Below, piece after piece: positions 57,100 to 63,231 of a DNA stretch of 63,231 nucleotides; the stretch's first letter is position 1; every line of letters begins with the position of its first letter. Source of the stretch: a virus. Lineage: Duplodnaviria > Caudoviricetes. The stretch spans positions 1 through 63,231 of the IMG/VR virus record IMGVR_UViG_3300047388_000410; one strand, written 5' to 3'. Below the pieces are notes generated by a model. It was given only the letters and a program-made list of their open reading frames with translations. It did no database searches and was not told the origin of the DNA. The position numbers and the translations under genes were made by a program.

Positions 57100-58382
57100 T
57101 GTCGAATTCTGTTTCAGGCGCTCAGCAAGGCATCGCTGGGGCCGTTGCGCAAAAACGCGGCATCGCTGCATCACGGCGCGATTTATACCGCCGTGAAGCT
57201 ATGGCCGAACCCGGCGCGCGTCAACAGCAATTCCGCCAAGGTACGATGAATATGCTGGACGAGGCGAGAGGCGTGGTGGAAAATGCCGTGGGCCAAGGTC
57301 AAGAGTTAAATCCGCTTATTTACCAAATGCTAGGACTTCAACCGCAATATGAAGACCATAGCGCCGATTTACAATCAGCACAGGGCGAATTGGATACCTC
57401 ACAAAAGCAGCTCGACGAAGCGAATAAAACTATCGCCAATCTACGCGCTATCCCCGCTGGCCGCCGCTCACCTGCTCAGCGCAAACAGCTTCGGATGCTC
57501 AATAAGCAGCGCCCGAATATGCTCAAGAGTCTTCAAACGGCCCAAGACTCCTTTGGTCGCTTGCAGACAATGCCGAAGACGATTACGGGTCTCTCGCGCA
57601 TGGACCCGAGTCAGATTCCGGCGAATTCACCATTCAGCGCCGCGAATCCATTGAATCAGCTACAATCCAGCGAGGCCCAACGCGCATTACAATATACCCA
57701 AGCCGGCAGTGGTGCTCCCGGCGCTACGGGCCAATCTGCGGCAATCGACCCGACATTAGTACATAAATGGAGCGTAGCGGAAGATCAACTTAGAGCGTCA
57801 CTGACGCAGCGTTTCGGGCCAGATTACGAATCCAGTAGCGTCGGTCAGATGGCATTAAGCAATCTGAACCGTCAGAAAAATGAATCTTTTGCAACATGGA
57901 ATCAGCAACTGCAAGAGAAATATTCCAACGAAGCATTTACAAACGCGGCGAATTTGAATGCGCTGCTCGGGCAGAATATTAATCTGATGCGCGAACCTTC
58001 AACTGCCGCATCCGGTTATGGTGCGCTGCTTTCAAATCTCGGTGGCGCTCGCGAAACCGAAGCGCAAACCCAAAATCAGCTAAATCTCGGTCGCGCGCTA
58101 TTAACTATGGGTCCTGTTAATCCAGCACCATCCGTTGGACTCGCTGCCGCAGGAGCCGGCAATAACGTATTACAATGGGCCACGTCGCCAACTCCCGACG
58201 GCGGGCCGTCGCCAGCGGGTCAGTTTATGAATTGGGCAACGGGTACTCAAAATCCCGCGTATCAAAGCGGCATGGAAGGCCAACCGGCAACCGGCAATCC
58301 TGCATTCGCCAATCTTGGCGCTACCGGCGATGCTACAGCCTCCGGCATGGAAGGCGGCCCAATAGCCGGCTTTGGCGGATAA
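57099..58382 (+). CDS. Internal virion/ejection protein
   Basis: Gln/Ala/Gly-rich helical protein; position. Confidence 0.6.
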   Translation: MSNSVSGAQQGIAGAVAQKRGIAASRRDLYRREAMAEPGARQQQFRQGTMNMLDEARGVVENAVGQGQELNPLIYQMLGLQPQYEDHSADLQSAQGELDTSQKQLDEANKTIANLRAIPAGRRSPAQRKQLRMLNKQRPNMLKSLQTAQDSFGRLQTMPKTITGLSRMDPSQIPANSPFSAANPLNQLQSSEAQRALQYTQAGSGAPGATGQSAAIDPTLVHKWSVAEDQLRASLTQRFGPDYESSSVGQMALSNLNRQKNESFATWNQQLQEKYSNEAFTNAANLNALLGQNINLMREPSTAASGYGALLSNLGGARETEAQTQNQLNLGRALLTMGPVNPAPSVGLAAAGAGNNVLQWATSPTPDGGPSPAGQFMNWATGTQNPAYQSGMEGQPATGNPAFANLGATGDATASGMEGGPIAGFGG

Positions 58383-58386
58383 ATAA

Positions 58387-59823
58387 ATGGCTGACGACGA
58401 TACCACACCACTCCCCGCTCAGGCCCAAACCGGCCTTCCCGGCGCCGCAGAAAACGCGGCCGATATCACTACCGCGCCTCCCGCGGCCGACGTACTCGGC
58501 CCGGCGGCATATGGCGACAAAGGCTGGCAACAGTATCAGGATTTGCAACGTGCCGGGCAGCAATCCGGGCAACCCGCACCGCCGCCTGTGCCCGTGCCGT
58601 TACCTGGCGACCGTAACGCCAGCGGATTAAATTATCTCCTCGGCGGCGGTGGTGCCGCGGCCCCTAGTCCACTCGTCAATCTTTTCGGCGGCCCTGGCAC
58701 GGCAGAACGCGCGCAAAACGTTGTACTCCAACAGCAACAGCAAGCGCAACAGATTCAAATGCGCAAACAGCAAATTGCGGCGAATGGGCTTACATTCTTA
58801 GAGTCAATGCGTAAACAAAACGTCCCTCTTGCATTACGCGCCCCGATGATCCAGCAATGGGCCGCGCAACAGGGATTGCCGATTGATCCGATTCAGGCGG
58901 CGTATATCGCCCAATGGGGCAATGATCCGCAAAAATACGAATCGCATCTCCTAGAGCAAATTCGTGGCGGGGGTCCTGCGGCAACTGATGCCGCGCATAA
59001 ATGGGAAGAATTATTCAGCAGCGATTACAACCGCATGATTGCCGCGAGCGATGCGGCACGAGTTGATAAAGCCGCCGCTGATGCCGAAGTCGCCAAAGCA
59101 ACATTGGCACAACGTACAGCACAACTCGGTCCGGTAGGCAAAACAGCATATGAAAATGCTGCCCTTCAAGCAGCTAATGAAGGCAAACCAAGAGGCTCAG
59201 ACGAATTCAATAAGCGCGTTGCTGATATTCTTAATCAGCAAAAAGTTGCTGAAACAAAAGCTACGACTGCCGCGCGTACCGCAGCCGGCCCTGTACCTGT
59301 CGGCACCGCCGACAAACTCGCCGGTTATGATGTTGCATTAGACATTATTGACCAACTAAAAAAGATGTACGAGAAAGGTTCTCCAACTGACCAAGAACGC
59401 CAAAGTTGGCTCAATCGAGTAAAACAGGAAGTGCAATATAAATGGGGCTTTGAAATGCCCGATAATCTTGATGAAGATACTGCGCTTCGTTCACTCGGCG
59501 CCATTACTGCCGGTCGCGCCTTTATTCAAGGCCGTCCGAATCAGCAACTCATGACAGAGATTTGGAAACATACCGGCCAAAATCCGCTCGTTTCTCCCGA
59601 TCAAATGCGTGACCGGCTTAAGATTATGGAACGACAGGTGCGGCTGTCAAAAAATAGTCTCGTTAATTATACTAAAAGCGGTCGTGGCGAATTAGAAGCC
59701 TCACCGGCCGGCGCAGGTAGCCCCGGTGAAACTGGTGCTCCGCCCGAGCCGAATGCACCGCCAACTATATCAAAACCGTCACCTTCAGGTCGTATTAGCG
59801 CCGCTGATTTCCTTAGTCAATAA
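58387..59823 (+). CDS. Internal virion/ejection protein
   Basis: Gln/Ala-rich helical protein; position. Confidence 0.6.
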   Translation: MADDDTTPLPAQAQTGLPGAAENAADITTAPPAADVLGPAAYGDKGWQQYQDLQRAGQQSGQPAPPPVPVPLPGDRNASGLNYLLGGGGAAAPSPLVNLFGGPGTAERAQNVVLQQQQQAQQIQMRKQQIAANGLTFLESMRKQNVPLALRAPMIQQWAAQQGLPIDPIQAAYIAQWGNDPQKYESHLLEQIRGGGPAATDAAHKWEELFSSDYNRMIAASDAARVDKAAADAEVAKATLAQRTAQLGPVGKTAYENAALQAANEGKPRGSDEFNKRVADILNQQKVAETKATTAARTAAGPVPVGTADKLAGYDVALDIIDQLKKMYEKGSPTDQERQSWLNRVKQEVQYKWGFEMPDNLDEDTALRSLGAITAGRAFIQGRPNQQLMTEIWKHTGQNPLVSPDQMRDRLKIMERQVRLSKNSLVNYTKSGRGELEASPAGAGSPGETGAPPEPNAPPTISKPSPSGRISAADFLSQ

Positions 59824-59824
59824 T

Positions 59825-61942
59825 ATGGCCGACCCTACTGCGATTGATACTGTTGCTGATGCTATTGCTAACGTTGGCGAAAAAAGCAGCGGCTACGATC
59901 AAGTTGGCGTACCGGATAAATCTGGCGACCGTCCATATGGCAAATATCAGATCATGGGCAATAACATTCCCTCATGGTCTGATGAAGCCGGACTTGGTAA
60001 ACTGACACCAGACGCCTTTGTTAATAATCCTGATGCGCAAGAGCAAGTTGCTAAACATCGCATCGGCAAGTATCTCGATCAATATGGAAACGCTCGTGAT
60101 GCCGCGTCATTATGGCATAGTGGCGTACCATATGACCAAGCGGTAAACGAGAAACGGCAAGATTCGCTTGGTACGAAAACCGCAGATTACGCCACACGAG
60201 TCTCAAACGCCGCTGATACGATTGTTTCGTTGCCAGATGGTAGTGAAGTCAATTTAGGCGTCAATCCATCGCCCGAATTACGCGAACAAGTCAAAGCCAA
60301 GATACGTGAGAAATTTCCAGAATTAGGCGGTGTTCCGCAGGCTACGGAACAGCCGCCATCTGTGGAACAGCCTAAACCGCCGCCTACTGTCGAGAAACCC
60401 GCTTGGTATAGTGGCCTAGCCGATGAAGCCGGTGAGCAGTTTGCAAATGCTGTAAGTAATGCCATAGAATCAGGCAAGAGCCTTGTTCAAAAACCCGACT
60501 CCGCCGGCCAAGTCATCCACGACCTTCTCGGCCTTCTTGAACCATGGACTGTAACCGGTTCTATGACAGGTGAAGCGGCTAAAAAGGCCGCAGCAGCCGG
60601 TGGATTAGGTTCAACAGCCCAAGGTATTGCCGAAACAGGCGGTACGGTAGCCGGGGCACTCGCTACACCCGCTCCGCCGGGTTTCGGGCTCGTTTCTAAA
60701 GCCCTAGAACGCATATTAGGCGCCGCAAAGGCCACTGTACCAGAAGCCATTGCCGCGGCCCGCGCCGAAGCACCAGAAGCCGCCGCAGCGGCAGAGAGAG
60801 TCGGCGGCATCAACACTGCGCCTAGCGAGGCTACAACCGCGGCTAAAGAAGTTTTGACACCTAGCGGAGCCGCTACCGAAACCATTGGCAGCACGGCCAA
60901 GCAAACCCTAACGCAGCGTGCCAAGCAGCTTGAAACGATGGCCGGCGGGGTATATGATACCGCAGTCGAAAACGCGCAAAACGCTAATAAGGTACTCGAT
61001 CCGGCTACGAAAGAATATAAAGCCCTCACTCCTCATCTAGCCGACGTTCGTGCAAAACTTGGTACGCTGCCCGCTGAAGCCGAAGAAGCCGTTGCGAATC
61101 TTGAAGAGAAAATCAAAGCCGGCAAGCCGCTTGACCCCAATGATCTTGCCGCGTATAAAGAAGCCGTCGATACCACATTTCCTGGCAAGATGAAATCAGG
61201 CACTGAAGTACGCGACGCATTGCGTAGTATGTTTTCGTCCGAAGATCAAAAATGGGCCGAAGCGGCTGATGCGCTTTGGCGAGACGAATTACGCGGAAAG
61301 GGTATGACGCAATCTTCGCTTGGCAGTCTTGTCAAAGTCATAAAAAAATCCGACCCGACTGCGGTAGTTGAAAAGTTATTTGGCCGCGGCACAGGACCAC
61401 TTTCCGATAGCCAAGCTGCCGTTGGACGCGCGGTCATGCGGAATCTTGAATTAGACGATCCAAAAATTGCCGGACAGGTAAAAGATGCGCTATTTAATCG
61501 TGTTGTCGATTCGGCAACCGATTCAGCCGGCGCATTTAACCCGCAACAGCTTGTTGATTCATATGAAAATCTAAAGCCGCTGCATTCAGTCATCAGCACG
61601 CCTGATAAAAACGCCTTCTTTACTGTTTTGCGCAATCAGCTAGCTGAAAATGCAAAAGCTGCCGTCAAGACAAAGCCTGGCATGCTTGCGCGCATGACAG
61701 CCGAAGGCATTGCAATCGGTATTGGCGAACAAGTTGGTGCCGCTATGGGCCATCCATATCTCGGCATGGTTGCGGCGCACAAAATCTTGCGTCCCGATAA
61801 AATTGCTGAAATGCTTGCTAGCCCTAAAACAACGCGACTATTAACTCGTGCGCTTCAGACGCCGTTTGAATCAGCCGGTGCACCGATGATTATGCGAAGT
61901 CTTGATGATGCGTTGAGCGAGAAGCCAAAGAAAGCCGCCTAA
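59825..61942 (+). CDS. Large ejection protein with lysozyme-like (muralytic) N-domain
   Basis: AI...E...Y......GD..YGKYQIM..NI.SW.....P..F..NP.AQE......Y..QYG....AAS.W.SG. Confidence 0.75.
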   Translation: MADPTAIDTVADAIANVGEKSSGYDQVGVPDKSGDRPYGKYQIMGNNIPSWSDEAGLGKLTPDAFVNNPDAQEQVAKHRIGKYLDQYGNARDAASLWHSGVPYDQAVNEKRQDSLGTKTADYATRVSNAADTIVSLPDGSEVNLGVNPSPELREQVKAKIREKFPELGGVPQATEQPPSVEQPKPPPTVEKPAWYSGLADEAGEQFANAVSNAIESGKSLVQKPDSAGQVIHDLLGLLEPWTVTGSMTGEAAKKAAAAGGLGSTAQGIAETGGTVAGALATPAPPGFGLVSKALERILGAAKATVPEAIAAARAEAPEAAAAAERVGGINTAPSEATTAAKEVLTPSGAATETIGSTAKQTLTQRAKQLETMAGGVYDTAVENAQNANKVLDPATKEYKALTPHLADVRAKLGTLPAEAEEAVANLEEKIKAGKPLDPNDLAAYKEAVDTTFPGKMKSGTEVRDALRSMFSSEDQKWAEAADALWRDELRGKGMTQSSLGSLVKVIKKSDPTAVVEKLFGRGTGPLSDSQAAVGRAVMRNLELDDPKIAGQVKDALFNRVVDSATDSAGAFNPQQLVDSYENLKPLHSVISTPDKNAFFTVLRNQLAENAKAAVKTKPGMLARMTAEGIAIGIGEQVGAAMGHPYLGMVAAHKILRPDKIAEMLASPKTTRLLTRALQTPFESAGAPMIMRSLDDALSEKPKKAA

Positions 61943-62124
61943 TGCGATACCTTCTCTTACTCGCCATGTTCGCCGGCTGCGATTCCTTCACTAACGAACA
62001 TCTCGAATCGTGCCTTAACGCCTGCGAACGTGCTTATGAGCATAACGTATTGACCAGTCACGATTCACCCACCATCGTTGCCGACGACGAAGCCTGTCGC
62101 ACGCTCTGCACGAAAGGCCAATAG
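61942..62124 (+). CDS. Small lipoprotein
   Basis: MRYLLLLAMFAGC lipobox plus two CxxxC motifs. Confidence 0.6.
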   Translation: MRYLLLLAMFAGCDSFTNEHLESCLNACERAYEHNVLTSHDSPTIVADDEACRTLCTKGQ

Positions 62125-62127
62125 CCC

Positions 62128-62409
62128 ATGGCAACAAGAAATACTGCCGATTGGTCGCAATGGCGCGGATCAGTTACCGAGGCACTAAAAGATATCCGTC
62201 AACGCCAAGAAGAACACAAAGCTGCACTCGACTCGTTTGGCGCGAGGTTTGAAGCTGCGCTCAAAGAACACGTTAAAGCAAGTATTGATCGTACTGCCGC
62301 TCTTGACCGCCGCGTATCTAAACTCGAAAGAGCTTATTCAAGACTTGCTGTCTACGCGGTTATCGGCGCCGCCGCAGTTAGTGCCTTTGTCCACAAGCTA
62401 ATCGGCTAA
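62128..62409 (+). CDS. XhlA/holin-like membrane protein
   Basis: Coiled coil, RV.KLE, C-terminal TM helix. Confidence 0.6.
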   Translation: MATRNTADWSQWRGSVTEALKDIRQRQEEHKAALDSFGARFEAALKEHVKASIDRTAALDRRVSKLERAYSRLAVYAVIGAAAVSAFVHKLIG

Positions 62410-62669
62410 CTCAACGGGCCGTAATAGCAGCGAGGATTATCACAACGCTCGCGTCCGCACTCACGACACTTGACATGACATGGGCAAGTGCAAATATCGT
62501 CGTAAAACTTTGTTCGTACCTGTGATTGGCACTTTTCATGTTCACCAATATAACACTGCGGAAACCGATAATGCGCCTCGACAAACGATATCGTCACATT
62601 CTCTTTCGCTTCTTCGCGTTGAATCCAGCCGCGTAAGAGCCACGAGAGGAATTGTTTAACGCGGTCCAT
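62406..62669 (-). CDS. Cys-rich hypothetical protein
   Basis: C..GEH.KC...CTCPCH..CRECG. Confidence 0.55.
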   Translation of the reverse strand: MDRVKQFLSWLLRGWIQREEAKENVTISFVEAHYRFPQCYIGEHEKCQSQVRTKFYDDICTCPCHVKCRECGRERCDNPRCYYGPLS

Positions 62670-63151
62670 TAACTTACCCTCGCAAATTCACCAAAATATT
62701 TAGAAGCAGCATTAGCGTAAGCAATTGCTGCATCTTCTATATCTATAAAATATCCAACTGATACCATACGTCTTTCTACCATAATACGAACCTGCCATCG
62801 TTTATTTCGTTTATTCCAAATTACTCCCTTATATCCGCTAGTATTGCGCTTAGAACGTCTAGAATTGGCGCCGTTTTGTGAAGGCGTTGCTAAGCGTAAA
62901 TTATTACGCTGATTATTTAATCCATTACCGTCTTTATGATCCACTTGCATACCTAACGGCGCGTTAAGTATAATACGATGCATGTTAATAGTATGTGTAA
63001 TATGCCAATCGTTTTTATCGTACTCTTTTCTCGCTGCATAAAAACTGCCGTTTTTACCCGGTTTTACGTACCATTTCCAGGCAGATAACCACTGAAAATC
63101 TGCGTCATCTACAACAGCTTGATACCCATTATTTAATTGGATAAAACGCAT
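62669..63151 (-). CDS. HNH endonuclease with AP2 domain
   Basis: MHR.I......VDHKDGNGLNNQRNNLR.AT; NTSGYKGV.W...W.V.I......G.F....AA..Y..A...FGEFA. Confidence 0.92.
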   Translation of the reverse strand: MRFIQLNNGYQAVVDDADFQWLSAWKWYVKPGKNGSFYAARKEYDKNDWHITHTINMHRIILNAPLGMQVDHKDGNGLNNQRNNLRLATPSQNGANSRRSKRNTSGYKGVIWNKRNKRWQVRIMVERRMVSVGYFIDIEDAAIAYANAASKYFGEFARVS

Positions 63152-63230
63152 TGTCCATCAAAGTAAGTGTAGAGCCACCAGTGGCATCTATGATTGCGCC
63201 ATTTACCCAATACATATCATCACTAATTAG
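63129..63230 (-). CDS. C-terminal part of the SDR that starts at 654
   Basis: LISDDMYWVNGAIIDATGG matches the SDR C-terminal pattern L.S....v.G..i..dGG; joins via the terminal TAGC overlap. Confidence 0.8.
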   Translation of the reverse strand, partial: LISDDMYWVNGAIIDATGGSTLTLMDNAFYPIK

Positions 63231-63231
63231 C

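Noticed and set aside
816-61635. Many antisense or alternate-frame ORFs in the track (e.g. 16385-16951, 39664-40341, 46667-47239, 60487-61029)
   Set aside because: They shadow well-supported genes, lack motifs and RBSs, and reflect codon bias.
1-63231. Stop-codon reassignment
   Set aside because: Core genes are full length and densely packed under the standard code; the two split genes involve an insert or a frame change, not an in-frame stop.

Overview
This window looks like the essentially complete, circularly closed genome (about 63.2 kb) of an uncultured tailed dsDNA phage. It appears podovirus-like: it has tail-tubular and ejection-type genes and no tape measure. An SDR gene runs off position 1 and resumes in frame at the right end through a 4-nt TAGC overlap. 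The minus-strand arm (25374 down to 1, wrapping to about 62400) holds many micro-ORFs plus recombination and replication genes: a PD-(D/E)XK nuclease, an AAA_24 ATPase, an SSB, a DUF3987 replicase and a family A DNA polymerase split into two genes. It also holds nucleotide-handling enzymes, a glycosyltransferase, a sigma factor lacking region 4 and the FabI-like SDR. The plus-strand arm (25606-62409) holds lysis, packaging, head, tail and ejection genes. The most unusual points are: (1) the split UDG-exo-PolA with atypical active-site residues; (2) a secreted DUF3494 ice-binding protein and a family of secreted Cys/Thr-rich proteins; (3) a sigma-54 promoter placed exactly on the first early ATG, alongside a recurring late-gene box that may be read by the truncated phage sigma; (4) a duplicated replicase winged helix sitting on a mirror-symmetric putative origin; (5) nine free-standing homing endonucleases, several flanked by duplicated gene ends; (6) intergenic multi-stem RNAs. 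All family calls come from motif recognition by eye, with no database searches. Several start codons were adjusted from the ORF track.
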